Origin: Podospora anserina
Lineage: Eukaryota
DNA: 64,000 nt
Assembly (NCBI GenBank): GCA_017654855.1
Contig: CM030334.1
Span: 806,001-870,000 of the forward strand
Direction of reading: 5' to 3'
The notes under the pieces are model-generated. The model did no database searches, was not told the origin of the DNA, and saw nothing but the letters and a program-made list of their open reading frames with translations. Of this stretch, positions 23,947 through 36,928 are shown one piece after another; the first letter of the stretch is position 1, and each line of letters starts with the position of its first letter. The translations under genes and the position numbers were made by a program.

Positions 23947-24882
23947 TCATGTTCGGCAAGCATAAGCCGTCACCGCCCCGACGGGCAGTGTCGTCGTGGT
24001 TGTAAACACTCCTGGTGGACCGTACCCCGCCAGCGCCGTCGAAACCACCAAGCTGGTACACCCACTGCAGTTCACCGATAACGTTGTGGTGGTATACCTG
24101 GAGTACTTGGTCGACGTCTTCCCTGCTGACTGCGGAGGCTGAAGAACCAAGGTCGTTTGGCAAACGTCAGGCTGTAAATGTCCACCCTCCCCATGTCCAT
24201 CACTCGGGCTTCGAAGCTCTACCACCGGCTTGGGGAAGGGCGTGATCTGAGCAGCAGCCGGAATAGGGACCTGGTCCTGACTACCGCCAATGTTGTGGAT
24301 GTTTGGAGTCTGAACAGCGGGGATATCATCGACGGCCGTTCGCTTCGCAAAAAGGGCGGTTGGCTTGCAGATGGTGCTCCAGTACGTGCTGGCCGTGTTG
24401 ACCCTCTCGGTCTTGTTGATCACCATGTTTGGGCACGAGGAATAGTCCTTCCAAATGATGATATTCTCGCAACCATTGCAATTCACTTCCTTATAGAGAG
24501 TCGTGGTGGTTGGATAGATCGTCTGCGTCCCAGACCAGGAGCAAGGATAGACCCAGGACTCATACGAGGTGGTTGTGCATCCCTTCTGTGGGTTGGCTTT
24601 GATGGGCGGTTCGATATCGATAGCTCGTCTTGTTGGTACTGGCGCCGGTGTCGACTCCAAGGGTATGGGCGTCAGTACGGGCCTGGTCGGTCTGACGGGT
24701 GGTGTTGTCCAGGTGGGCAGAGGAGCCAGGACCAACTCGTTGTCGCCAGCAAGAGCACCTGCTTCGCGGGCTTTGACTTGCCCGTCTCTCGGTGAGTCTG
24801 GGGAGGAAATAGGAGAACCAAGAACAAATGCGAAAAGGACAAACGACAGAAGACCAAGAAGAAGTCTGGGAAAGGCGGCCAT
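23947..24882 (-). CDS. Secreted Thr/Pro-rich protein with two Cys-containing modules
   Basis: Signal peptide MAAFPRLLLGLLSFVLFAFVLG. Two modules centred on VNCNGC and VNCSGC. Dibasic sites (TRR, AKR). Confidence 0.82.
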   Translation of the reverse strand: MAAFPRLLLGLLSFVLFAFVLGSPISSPDSPRDGQVKAREAGALAGDNELVLAPLPTWTTPPVRPTRPVLTPIPLESTPAPVPTRRAIDIEPPIKANPQKGCTTTSYESWVYPCSWSGTQTIYPTTTTLYKEVNCNGCENIIIWKDYSSCPNMVINKTERVNTASTYWSTICKPTALFAKRTAVDDIPAVQTPNIHNIGGSQDQVPIPAAAQITPFPKPVVELRSPSDGHGEGGHLQPDVCQTTLVLQPPQSAGKTSTKYSRYTTTTLSVNCSGCTSLVVSTALAGYGPPGVFTTTTTLPVGAVTAYACRT

Positions 24883-27643
24883 GGTTCCGTCACGGCAGCT
24901 GTGATGTTGACTTGTCCCCGAAGCCGAATATGCAAATGAGCCGCTTCCGGTCCAGGCCACGGGAATCGAGAAGTCAACAAGGTTGCCCAGAGCTTTATAT
25001 GACTCTGATGGACCGGCCCAAACGTGGCGCGGACATGTGCTCCCGGGTCAGCAGACTGTTAAGTTAGTGTAGTCCAGGAACGAGATGGCAGGGCAGGGAG
25101 GCGGCGGATGTCAGCGTGGAAGTCTGGACCGTTTGCAAAAACCGGTCCCCGGGAGTGTTGCAATCGCCTATGCAGTGCATCTCAGTTTGACCGCAATATT
25201 GCGCCGCGACGTGACGTCGTTCCTTCTCCCCATCGGCTTGTGGGGCTTGGGTTTTTCTGATGAAGAACCCCGGGCAGTGGAATCACGGGCGCGGAGGAAT
25301 GGGAAAGAGCCCACCTCACCCACGTTCACGGTCAAGCTGGAAGCTCCCAGCTGAAAAGGGATGAGAAAAGTACTATCCGCGTCTGGCCGAGGGTGGGCTC
25401 CAAAGAAAAGTGGCCTGAAGAAGGCAATATGAGTAGATGAGCAAGAACGACACGCCGTCAATTTTTGGAAACAAAAGCAGGGGGGTTGTATTCGGAGCCG
25501 AGACCACGAGTCCGCTATATTGCCCGCCATGCTATCTTTTTTACTTTTTCTTTTTCGCTCGGTGTATCCTCGCCGTGAAGATGGTGGGCAGGCCTAGCAC
25601 CCATTGGGATTCGGTACCTCAGAGAGAGGGTTGCGCTGGCCCGTTGTTCCCGGATAGCGGAGAGCACCTCTGCTTGGCTTCCCCCAGCGGGTGCCCACAT
25701 GAAGAGAAAAGGGCTATGGAAGCAAAGCAAGCAAGGCTGGGCAAATCAAGAGCCATACTAACACTGAATTGGTGTTCTGTCCGGTCATTGGGCGGGTAAA
25801 TGAGAAAATGTACGAATTCCGTCCGGGTGCCCCATTCTATCCACGGTTAATAAACGAGATAGTGGCACTTAGCTGCTTGCCCACGCTTATAATCATGGCT
25901 CATATTGCCACCAGCACCCAGAGAACGGGAATAGAATTGACTGTTCTTTTCTGAGCTCGACGTCGCACTGGGACAATTGGCTGAGAGCAGCAAATATGAG
26001 AGATATGAGAGGCCAGATATTTGGCATCGAAAATAGAGCCTGTCAGGGTCTCGGGGTTTGGAAGCGGAGAAGGGCGGAGCGCGAACTGCTCCATGGATAC
26101 TCTCTGTCAGGTAAGAGCAGCCGAGCACCATCCGCTGACCAGACATGGCTCAGGACTGGAGTACCGACCATATTGACGCCATCGCCGTTCTTCGGTGTCC
26201 AAAAAGATGCAAGTCTTGTTCGGACGAGAAGCGACGAAGGAGGGTAGAAAAGGAGCGGAAAACCTCCCGAGATGGACGAGGTTGCACTGTCTGCCAAGAC
26301 GGGAGTCGATTGCGGGGACAGCACCCCAGCAAGAAGCCAAAAATAGACGGGCAAGGATTCTGCTTCTTCTTCTGGGGTGTCCACTACTAGCAAATATTCA
26401 ACTTGAACATTCCGCCATTCTCAGAGAGAGCCGAGCAGACGGAGTATCTAGGGAAAATCAGACCTTAGTCAGACCGGAGATACACTTTGAATAGGTACCC
26501 AGGTAGGCACTTCCATTACCACCACTTGAGCCAGGAGGTGACCTATCAACCACCGAACATTCTCCATATCCAGCAAACCCCCAAGTCCGGTCGCCGGTCA
26601 AAACTATCCACAACCTTCCCTGGTTCAACCGCCATCCGATTTCTCCTTCTGACCAGACCTACATAACACTGAAGTCCTGCCGTCACCTTCCTCTCTAGTC
26701 AACGGGCCTTGACCAAACATTGCTCCCACCACCCCACTGGATCTACAGTTCCATGGCAGTGAGTGACGTTTTCCCAGAAAATCAAGCACGCTTCAATTGC
26801 ATGGCGGCCGCGGCACGCGGAATATGCCATGCCGCCTGCATCCCCCTGTTATTTCTGCATTGCACCGCATTGCACATCGCCGTGGCATGCATTCGACAGC
26901 CCGTCGTTCCGGTGCGGGCTGCTGGCTTACATGTAGATCTCCACCACCACAAACCGGGATCAAAGGACCCCGAAAAGGGGGAACACCACTTACACATTGA
27001 GTGGTAGTTCATGGAACATGATCACGAGTAAACTTTCAGTCAGACTAAGGGATACACCCCGTCAAACCCCCACCCATGGCGTTAAACAAGGTTCACCCAC
27101 ATCTCAAACCATGTTTCTACAACTCACACCATGTTTCTACTCCTCTCGGGCCACTAGACAACCCCCCGCCAACAAGCCCTTACAATCACACAGTAACACG
27201 TCCCCATACAACACTAGCCCAGATCCTTTCCTCCGCCTTACCATCCATCACCACTGCAACTATCACCGTATCATCATCACCTTCACCATCGTCTCAACCG
27301 TGACCTAACCCTGTTATCAACAAGACTCCACTCGCACATCACAGACATATAAAATTTGATCAGCACAATCTTCCTGCTAGGAACTGAGGTGGATACAACA
27401 AGGTTGCGTGAGGAAGATAAGAGAGGGAAAAGAGCTGGCTAGATATAGGAAGAAGACCAAGACCATGGCACCGACCCTGCCCGGCTCAAAGCAACACTGG
27501 TTCAACCAGACTGGTAGAGCCCTAACCCTAGGCATGAGAGACCATGACACTTCCCCAACAACATCTTAATCTCGAATTGACATTTCCACTAAAGATCTCG
27601 TGCAAATCCATCCCATTTGGACCCCACCCCTCTCCCCTTCAAT

Positions 27644-29041
27644 CTATCTACCTCTTAGACCCCCCTTAACCCCCGTAAAACACTCCAACCCCGTCTCAGT
27701 CCTCACCTCACCAACCGTAACGGTCGTCCTCGCCTCAATCACAACCCCCGGCCCGCCCACAAGCACAACCTTGATGTTGGGACACTCACACGCAACAACC
27801 CTCGTAGCCCTCACCGTCGCAGCAAACACCGTCGCCGTCTGAAAGCCTGTCATCTTGCTAAAGATCGTCTCTGTTTGCGTGCAGCCCCCCGGCGGATCCG
27901 CAGAGCGGAACCACGATATGGATGGAAACGGCCTGTAGCCGGTCCATCCTGGGCGGTTCGTTGCCGATGGGAGAACAGCGGTGGGCAGCTCGGGTTCAAA
28001 TCCGGCTGTTGGTGTTGTTGGAGCGGTATCGACTTCTAGGGTAGGTGAACAAGATGAAACAAACTGAACCGATGCCGGTGGTAGTGGTGCATCGTCCTCG
28101 TCATCGTTCAGTAGCTCAGTGTCAATGGTCTTGATTCTGGTGAATCTGATCCTTGTTCGCAACAGGGTTGTCGTTCGGGTGGGCTCCTCCATCGTGGTCA
28201 CCGGCGCGCCGTTGCGGGGAAAGGACAGGACAGGTCCTGTAACGGTGATGAGCGTAGATATGGGGAGGTGGTGGTGGATAGTGGTGACCGAGCAGAGCGC
28301 TTTGGTCTCACCGTTCTCGCCCTCAGCTGAGGAGGAGTAAGGGCATTCCACCATCTCTGCAGGAGGTGCTGTGAGGTGGAATCTGTAAATGGACCGAGTG
28401 ACAGTAAGCTCTAGTGTAGAGGGCGATGATGTGATGGTGAAAGCAGCAACCGAGACCGAAGTTGGTACCACAGGTGCGATTAACCTCGTCGCCGCCACGA
28501 CTGAGAGTTCTGAATCTGCAGGCGAGGTGCTGGAACTAGCCGTTGCAGTTGATGAATCGAGGCTGCTGGTTGGCAATGCAAGTGAGGAGGTTGGGATTGG
28601 CGGTGAAGAGGTGGGTATTGGCAGCGAGGACGTGGTCGTTGGCACCGACAAGGTTGGCTTCGCTGCAATGGAGGAGCTTTGGGGTGTTGATATGTAACTC
28701 AGTATGCTCGGGCTGGTAGATGGCACTGCGGTTGGCCACCACAGCTCTTCACCACCGAGGTACTCGCAAATCTCAGGATACTTGTGTGCATAGGGCCCAG
28801 CACACAGCTCTCGAAGCTTCTCCAGGACCTTTGGGACATCTTCCTCTGCCGCTGCCAGCACATCGATTGGATTGGAGTTGACCGTCACGACGGTCCTAAT
28901 CGGATTCGCGGTCCATGCAGCGAGTTCCTGAACGTCGGGGCCCGTGGTTAGTGGGAAAGATGTCGGTGTCGACAACAAACTGCTGGCAGCGACAGAGGTA
29001 GCCGCCACAGTCGCGGCCACCGCGAATATGGCCGTGATCAT
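27644..29041 (-). CDS. Secreted Ser/Thr/Pro-rich protein with a C-terminal Cys module
   Basis: 465-aa ORF with signal peptide MITAIFAVAATVAATSVAA, a mucin-like S/T/P middle, and C-terminal CTQT...VACEC...GGPG...EC. Confidence 0.82.
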   Translation of the reverse strand: MITAIFAVAATVAATSVAASSLLSTPTSFPLTTGPDVQELAAWTANPIRTVVTVNSNPIDVLAAAEEDVPKVLEKLRELCAGPYAHKYPEICEYLGGEELWWPTAVPSTSPSILSYISTPQSSSIAAKPTLSVPTTTSSLPIPTSSPPIPTSSLALPTSSLDSSTATASSSTSPADSELSVVAATRLIAPVVPTSVSVAAFTITSSPSTLELTVTRSIYRFHLTAPPAEMVECPYSSSAEGENGETKALCSVTTIHHHLPISTLITVTGPVLSFPRNGAPVTTMEEPTRTTTLLRTRIRFTRIKTIDTELLNDDEDDAPLPPASVQFVSSCSPTLEVDTAPTTPTAGFEPELPTAVLPSATNRPGWTGYRPFPSISWFRSADPPGGCTQTETIFSKMTGFQTATVFAATVRATRVVACECPNIKVVLVGGPGVVIEARTTVTVGEVRTETGLECFTGVKGGLRGR

Positions 29042-29530
29042 GGACGTTTCATGAGCGACAAGGCCGTGCCTGGACAGAGAAGAGGTCGGGGGATGGCGAC
29101 ACGCATCGCAGGTTGCGGTATCGTGGTGGACACCCCCTAGTGAACCCCGTATTTACTCGTATATAGAGTGAGTCTTGTCCGGAAATCGACATCCTCAAGA
29201 CGCCACGGCTGTCGTTGACGCCTCCCATCCCATCCACCGCTAGAGGAGGTGGACACGAGCTTTTCTGTCGTGGCGTGAGGGGTAAAAGCCCGAACCGGAC
29301 TTCAGTGGCACTTTTACAGCTGGTCGACTGCCCACCGAATGTGTTCTAACGGAATGTATCAGTAATTGCACACGCCAAAGCTGGATGACCGGAAACCATA
29401 CTGGGGCTCTGGTGGAAAAGGACTGCTGGCATGGATCCATCACCACATGGTGGCGTCCTCGTGGCTCTTCAGAGGCGTCGTGATGCATGGCATGGACAGA
29501 TAAAAAGGCGCTTTCATCTGGCCGGTCTCA

Positions 29531-32423
29531 TCACGTCCCTATAAAAAAGTCGGCGTTGTGAAAGTTAAAGATGGAGTCGAAGCCTTGATCACAGAGCTGA
29601 AAAACTCCACGTTAGCAACAGTCCCCTTGACAGTCTTGCATTCACCACTTACCGAGCCTTCGCTATCCCACCCGTAGCTGTAATCCATCTTGGAGTCTTC
29701 GAATGGGCTTCTCCCGGGTCCGTATCCACCATTCAATGCAGCCCCGATCATGGAAAGAGGTAGCTTTCCGCCAGCAGCCTCCTGCAGCAGGTGCCAGCAC
29801 TGGCCCAGCTCATCTGCGATGGAAGCCAGCACCTGCTCCTCCACCTCAGCATCAGAAGCGCCATTCTGCAGAGCCTGGACCTGACTCCAGAGAGCAGAGT
29901 ACATGAGATATCCCTTGATATTTGTCTCTCCCATTCGGATACGGCGCACTGTCCACCCGATGGAGTACTTGACAGCGTCGAGCAGATCCTGGCGCGGGGC
30001 AGCGCCACTCCCAATGCTAAGGGGACCCGTTGTGCCCAAATCCGCCTCGGAACCCGGCCTTTCAAGCACATGGTCGAGGTTCATACTCTGGCGGAATAAC
30101 CGGTCCTCCTGCACCTGCCACAACAGCTCCAAACAAATGGTCAAAACAGCGAGCGTGGGGACTGACCGGAATGCCCCATACCCGCAGGTGGACAACCTCG
30201 TAAAGTCATCAGTTTCCCGGGCGGTCCCCGAGTCCCCAGCCGGTGACCCGGTAGCAAAGGCCCGATACAGTTTCAACGATGTCTCTACACACATCTTGCG
30301 TGCAAAGTAGTAGGCTGGATTATGCTGCGCGGACCACAGCCATGGGTGATTCAGAGCCAGAAAGAAACGATGCACCATATGCTCGGCCACTCGAAGCTGA
30401 AACAAAGACAGACGCCTCGGGAGGATGCCAGCAGGATCGTACGACTGCTGGAGTGTGGCCGATAGTGCTCGACAGGCGGCGGTGAGTTCCGTGTTCCATT
30501 TCAGAGTCTCCTCGTACGTGGCTGGCGCTTTGAAGTGGTTAACATACTGCGCAATCGCCAGTCTAGTCGGAAACGACCGTAGGAGAGCGAGCTGGACTGA
30601 AGTTTGTGTAAAGGTCCCAGGAGATCTGGGGTTTGGAGGAGGTTTATCGTCCTCGCACAGCTGGTCGTCGTCGTAATTACTTGGCGGCCGAGTATCATAA
30701 TCAGACACCGATATCAGGGGCGGACCACCAGAGTCCAAGCTCGACTGCAGCGTCATTTCCAACACGGTCGCCCACAGCCGTCTCCTCATCTCTGCCCGAA
30801 ACACCGACATGACAGGCAAGCTATCCGGGTCACGGTGGAGTCCCATGTACATTGCCGTCCGCAACAGAGGCCCGGCGCTGATCCAGGTCAGGTCACACTC
30901 GACACCGCATGTCTCTCTGGCAATGTGCAGCAGACACATGGTCTGAAGGCCCGACATGTTCAACCTGACCTTCTCACAGGGCGAGGCGAGCCAGGCCTGG
31001 GCCTCGTATATCCACTGGGCAGCAGACGGTCGGAGAGCAGCCACATCATCCTGGAAGCACGTGCCAATGGCCATACACAACTGAAACTGAGCAATGAAGG
31101 CCGGGCTTGCTGCCGTGCGGTTCTCCCAGAAGTGGTTGTACTCTCGCCAGAAGCTTGGCTGGTGCAGGATTCGGTAGACGCTTTCAAAGGTTCGGAAATA
31201 CGCCTCCACCAACCGACGGGCTACGCTCTCATGTGGAACGTCGCTGCCGAGCTGGAAGCCAACATGAGGAAGGACCTTTTGAGATTTAATCACCCTACAG
31301 AGATCTTTGCACTTCTTTAAGAGAAAGTAGATGTCTGATTCTCTGTCCGATTCAATCCTCTTGGCAAGATTGATGATCAGGGGGAACTGCAGCAAAAACA
31401 TCAGACCAACCAGTCAGCCAACCAGCAAATGTTCACGTCATCGAACTTGGAGTGGAGACAGGACCCCCGGGGAACCAAAGGAACAGAAACAACGGAACAG
31501 CTACTCACAAATTTATCCCCATTTGCTAGGCAGGTCTTGGAACCAGAACCCTGCGGACAATGCAGAGGTACGTGTGCATTTTGAGAAGTGTGTTGAGGGC
31601 GATCTGGATTCCTGAGGGCCTCGGCGAGTTGTTGCTCAAGTTGTTGGACCCTCTCGGCAAGTGCAGCCGTGCTGTTTCCGAATCCTGATGCCGAGTGGCT
31701 GGGGGTCAGTTCAAGGTGCCGAATGGCCGGGGTCGGGGCAGACACGGGCTCTGCCGTCCGGGCTGTTAGGATGGTATTGGTGGAGGTGGTGGTTGTTGCT
31801 GAGCTGCTCCTTGGTCCTGGGTCTCGGTATGATGTTGGGTGGGAGGGAGGACTGAGGGCAGCGATTGTTGCTGTGGTCGTGCTGGTGCTGGTGCTGGTGC
31901 TGGTGTTGGTGCTGGTGCTGGTGGTAGAGGCACTGGATGATGTGGTAGCGGTACCTGCGGCAACGGCTGTGGTGGTGTTGGCGGTGGCGGCACTGGTAGC
32001 GACAGGTCCAGGAACAGGCGCAGGGGCTAGTGACACTTCTTTGTACGTGTAACCGGAGTCGGCGGCCAGCCGTTGTTCGGCAGTTGGGGAGTTGTCGGAC
32101 TGAGCCGCAGCTGGCGCCGGGGAAAGCCTCCAGAGCCGGGGCTTCGGGCGCCGGGCTTCCTCATACGTGCAATTGACTATTTTGGACTTGAGGCAGCTGG
32201 CGCATGGCTCATTGCGATCGCAGCGAATCTTGCGTGTTCGGCACTGGATGCACGAGAGGGCCGGACGGTTGCGCCGTCTGGGCTCGGTGAGCTTCCCGTG
32301 CCCGCCACCACCACCACCGCCAGCAGCGAGGGCACCACCGGTGGGCGTGGATGGCGCAGGTCCAGGCGGCGTCGTTGCGGCTTCCCGGTCTCTGTCCGTA
32401 TCCACGTCCATGTCCATATCCAT
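29531..32423 (-). CDS. Zn(II)2Cys6 transcription factor with fungal-specific TF middle homology domain; 3 exons (introns 31387-31508, 29597-29652)
   Basis: RRRNRPALSCIQCRTRKIRCDRNEPCASCLKSKIVNCTY. Middle region LRTAMYMGLHRDP...EMRRRLWATV. The last exon ends NADFFIGT* (TGA 29531). Start codon uncertain. Confidence 0.9.
31879..31923. repeat. (GTGCTG)n hexamer microsatellite inside the TF coding region, encoding a Thr-Ser run
   Basis: About 7 imperfect GTGCTG units; translates on the minus strand as TSTSTNTSTSTSTST. Confidence 0.9.
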
Positions 32424-32680
32424 CCTGTCAACTAACTGCTCGGCGTGGAGCCCGCACAAATGCGCGTAGGTAACCTGGAAGGTAGGTGGGAGGTGAGATG
32501 TCAGAAAGTTGTTCGGTTAGGAGCACCTCAAGGCAGGACAGGACCTATGTCAGGTTGGTATCGGTCGTCGGCGTTGGTGCCCTGTGTCGGGGTTGAGGAA
32601 GAATGGGAACCGAGCGGGCGGTTTGCCGAGGGAATGACACCAAAGCCAAAAGAAACAAAACGGTAAAAATGATCGAGGTG

Positions 32681-32730
32681 GACTGGACAGGACAAGACAA
32701 GACAAGACAAGACAGGACAGGACAGGACTG
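32681..32730. repeat. Compound pentamer microsatellite (GACTG/GACAG/GACAA) x10 upstream of the TF
   Basis: GACTG GACAG GACAA GACAA GACAA GACAA GACAG GACAG GACAG GACTG, read directly. Confidence 0.92.
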
Positions 32731-35463
32731 GGCAGAAGCAAGAGGATCCTCGACAAGCAAGCAACACGCTCGCCCCGGCCCTTCGAAACTCCAATGAGCC
32801 TCACAGGGTCAAGCACAGGTAGGAAAACTCACGGGCATGCGACTGGCAGTGGGCAGGTCCGAGGTTTTTCGTCGCAAAGAGCCTGGCTTGGCTGCACTCC
32901 CACGCCCACGAGGATGGACTGCGTCAGATCGGCATCTCGGACAGAATGCGGGGGGCTGGAGCTAATCACCGATACTTGCCTGTTATGGGCTAACGTCGGG
33001 CACGAAATTCCGGGTATTGGGAGGGGGGAAAGGCGCCATTCTTTTACTCTCTTTCCTTCAAAGGTACGGATACTCCGCGCGTGCGATATTACCCAGCTTC
33101 TCCGGACCTAGCACCCAGCCCTGCCGTTGGAATGGACCAGGTAGGTAGGTAAGGCATGTAAGTACCTGCATGGCCGGCCAGTTGCACCCTGACTGCCTGA
33201 CCTGAGCCACCTGCTTACAAACTTTAAACTTGTCAGCGGGAGCACGTTCTGTCCGTTTCCCTAGAAGACGCTTTCTTTTGCTTCCATGTGATTGGAGACC
33301 GAGCTTGTCCCTTTCCCGAGCACACGGAAACACCCGCCATCGCGCCCCCCAAACCGGTAAAACGGGGGGCTCGTCCACTGCCAAGAGTCCCTTGAATTCC
33401 TGCAAATCCCCAGTTTTCAGTGGGGCCATTTATCTCCGTTGCCGACCGGTTGGGTAGCACGGGAACAGGGGATCCGAGCCGAAGCCCAGTATCGGCTCGA
33501 CGGCTGAGAATTTGTCGTTTTTCTCTCTGAAAGACATGTAGGTAACGGCCTCCGAACCACGACGAAGAGATTTCCGCCCTGCTCACATCAGCAGGGCAGC
33601 CACACACACACTCGACACACCGCCATGCCCATCATGGAACTCACGGTCTATCGTCTGTATCGATATGCACATAGCTGTACAAAGCAGGCACAGCACCACT
33701 TGATAATCCTCACCCGTTTCTTCTACTCAGATTCCAGCTACCTTATATTACAACCCAACCGATACCATCCAATCTCATATGCAAACGACCTTGTTGATAT
33801 TTACTGGCAGCAAGTGAGGGAATTCCGGCATCGCAACCACCCAGCGCAGCAGTTCCCCCACCTGTCACATCGTGGACATCCGGAGTTACTTTGCACATAC
33901 CGGCCGGAAATGTATACTTACCATCCAGACACTCATTCATTTCATCATGCCAACTACAAACCCCAAAATATCCTCTCTCCTTCTCACACAATCCCATCCG
34001 ACATACCTACTACCTAGCATGAGGACTAGGTAGATACAAACATTCTAACCAACCCCCCCGTATACACCCTCCCCCTCCCCCCAAAAGGCACATAATCCCA
34101 TCCACCGGCACCATCGGACTCTCCAGTGGGGAAATCTTAACCCGTCTGCAAGAAAATAAATAAATAAACACACTCACTCCCACCCCGGGACGCGCGGGAG
34201 TTTTGTCCATGTCACACACACCCATCCACCAGTCGGCTCGCCCGATTTCCTTATTGTCATCAGCCCCCCCAAAAAAATGTTATCTCCGCCCCGGCCGGTA
34301 CCCCCCAGCCAAATGCAAAACGTACCTTGCAAATGGCCGGTCGGATACGGGTCAATGGCATAGTGTATATATGAGAGAGATCCGGTGGATCCGCTGGTCG
34401 GATCTTTTGGGTTGGGGGTCTTTTTTTTCTTGGTCAGTGTATGCGTAAGTGTAAGCTTGGTAGATCTGGTACTGTGAGAAACATGCCGCCAAGAAAAGGT
34501 CAAGCTTTTGCCTAGATGGGTGATGGTTGCTTGGTGGTGTTTAGTCAGGGACTTGGGTTAATCATCATCTCCATGATGGTCCTGTTCGGAATGATGAGGT
34601 TGGTTGGTTGGTTATATCTAGATGAGACGGAACCGTTTGATAGCAGTGATGGTGGTGATATATCACGGCACGGGCAACCAAATTGGGTTCATCTGGCGGG
34701 GAGTGACTGCAGCTTGGAATGCTGAACTGCATCTCCCTTCATGTGAACTGACAGTGTAAATGAAGCCCATCTGAAGGTGAAGATATCTGAACGGTAGGAA
34801 ATGCACACATTCTGTCTGAAATGGTCTGCAAGTAGACGGGTTAACGCTACCAACACCAATGGGTGAAACTCCTCAAGTGAACTACAGCAATAGAGCAAAC
34901 CGGCACGAGGGGAGAATGTTAATATATGTATGCATTGGTACTCTAATAACAGCAAAGAAACATGCCAACGGGCTATGAAACAGTATGGGCTGGCAGATTG
35001 CTCCGAACAGTGCTCACGTTCCTGTGTTTTTATATGCTTCCTCCTCTGGTATTTGGTGTGTTGTGAGGTTGGTGCTGTCCTGGGCTTTGCTTCATGACAT
35101 ATTTCGAGCAGCGGCCAAACTCCATGCTCGATTAAACAACCTCTACGCAATTATGGTAGACCAATGTACATAAAACGATAAAAAAAGACCTGTATTCCCG
35201 ACACCGAGACGAAGCAAGCATTGCCCTTCGGTGTTCATTATACACGTGTTGGCCGGAGGTATCCGGGAGACTCTAACCAGTTGACCGTGACCACCGGTGG
35301 ACGAATATGCACCCACTACCGTGCTCCTGATGCCAGCTCCAGAGTGCCCCTTTTCCCTCCCCGACCCGCCCAATGTTTCGTATCCTTCTTCTATAAGCTG
35401 CGCCTGCCCGATTCTGTTTTTCATCCGAATGTCATTTTACCGCCACCGACCGTTTCGCCCGAG

Positions 35464-36928
35464 TTAAAGAAGAAGCTCAAGAGGGTTCTCAATGACCTTC
35501 TTGAACTCGCGCATCCACTCGGCACCGACGGCACCGTCAACGACCTTGTGGTCGAAGCTGCCAGTGACGACGATCCGCTCCTCCCACTCGACGCCCGTGG
35601 TGCCATCCTCATTCTCGACTGGGACGGCAACCTTCTGGGTGCTGCCGACAGCAAGGATGGCAGCCTGAGGGGGGTTGATGATGGCGGTGAAACGTTCGAC
35701 AGCGGCGTTCATGCCCATGTTGGAGATGGTGATGGTGCCGCCCTGGTACTCCTCGGGCTTGAGCTTGTTATCACGAGCCTTCTTGGCAAGCTCCTTGACG
35801 GAAGCCGAGATGGTCTCCAGACCCTTAGACTCGACGTTGGTGACGATGGGGGTGATCAGGCCGGTGGGGGTGGCGACGGCGACGGAAACGTCGACGTTGT
35901 TGAACTGGCGAATGACGCCATCACGCCACGAGCTGTTGACGGCGGGGACCTTCTTGGAGGCAACGGCAATGGCCTTGATCAAGAAGTCGTTGACGGAAAG
36001 CTTGTACCGGCCCTCGGCAGAGCTGTTGAGAGCCTGGCGGAGCTTGAGGAGCTTGCCGACGGAGAGGCTGGAAGAGACAAAGTAGTGGGGGTTGTCAACA
36101 ATAGAGGACTGGAGACGCGAAGCGATGGACTTGCGCATGCCGCTGATAGGGGTGTCCTGGTAAGAGGCAGCAGATGCAGCACCGGCGGCGGCAGGGGAGG
36201 ACTGGGCCTTCTTGACATCCTCCTCGGTGATCTTGCCACCCGGGCCAGTACCCTTGAGGCCCTTGATCGAGATACCATTCTCAATAGCAAGCCTCTTGGC
36301 GGCGGCAGAGATGTTGGGCTCGCGATCGAGGGCAGGCTCGAGCCTGCCGCTGGGTCCGGTCGATTCGGGCTCGGGGGCCGGAGTGGGCGCCGGGGTAGGG
36401 GCGGAAGACTCGGACTCGGACTTCTGCTCCTTCTTGGGAGCCGGGGCCGAAGCATCACCACCGGCATCCTCGAGCGAGAAGCTCTCAAAGGCACTGATGT
36501 CGGTTCCCTCGTCGACCAAGATGGCAATTGGCTGTGGGTGGGGAGCATGAGTTAGTCGTCATGTGTCAAGTGGATTCGGGATTCGGGACGGTGGGGAATG
36601 ACGAGATATAGCTTACATTGCCAACAGCGACATCCTTCGCGCCCGTGTCCTTGAGGACCTTGGCCAAAACACCCTCCTCCTGGAACTCAAAGTCCATCTG
36701 GGCCTTGTCGGTCTCGATCTCGACGAGGACCTCGCCGGGGGCGATGCTGTCACCGGGCTTCTTGTTCCAGGCGCCGATATTTCCCGCCGTCATGGTAGGA
36801 GATAAGGCGGGCATCTTGACAACGGTGTGCGGGGGGTACGAAGCGTACCATCTTGTCAGGCTGGGAAGGGCGACGCGGGCAAGGCGGACATGCTGAACAG
36901 CTTGCCTTCTGAGGACGGGAACAAGCAT
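35464..36928 (-). CDS. LAT1: Pyruvate dehydrogenase E2, dihydrolipoamide acetyltransferase; 2 exons (intron 36532-36616)
   Basis: Mitochondrial presequence, MPALSPTM, lipoyl motif EIETDKA, E3-binding GTGPGGKIT and catalytic [10 protein letters not shown]. Confidence 0.97.

Noticed and set aside
25000-27600. Many short ORFs between the two secreted genes
   Set aside because: No consistent frame, splice pattern or recognisable motif.
33325-33336. CGG-N6-CCG as an autoregulatory Zn2Cys6 site in the 3-kb upstream region
   Set aside because: A single short match is expected by chance.
35221-36555. 444-aa plus-strand ORF
   Set aside because: Antisense shadow of the strongly codon-biased LAT1 gene; no independent motifs.
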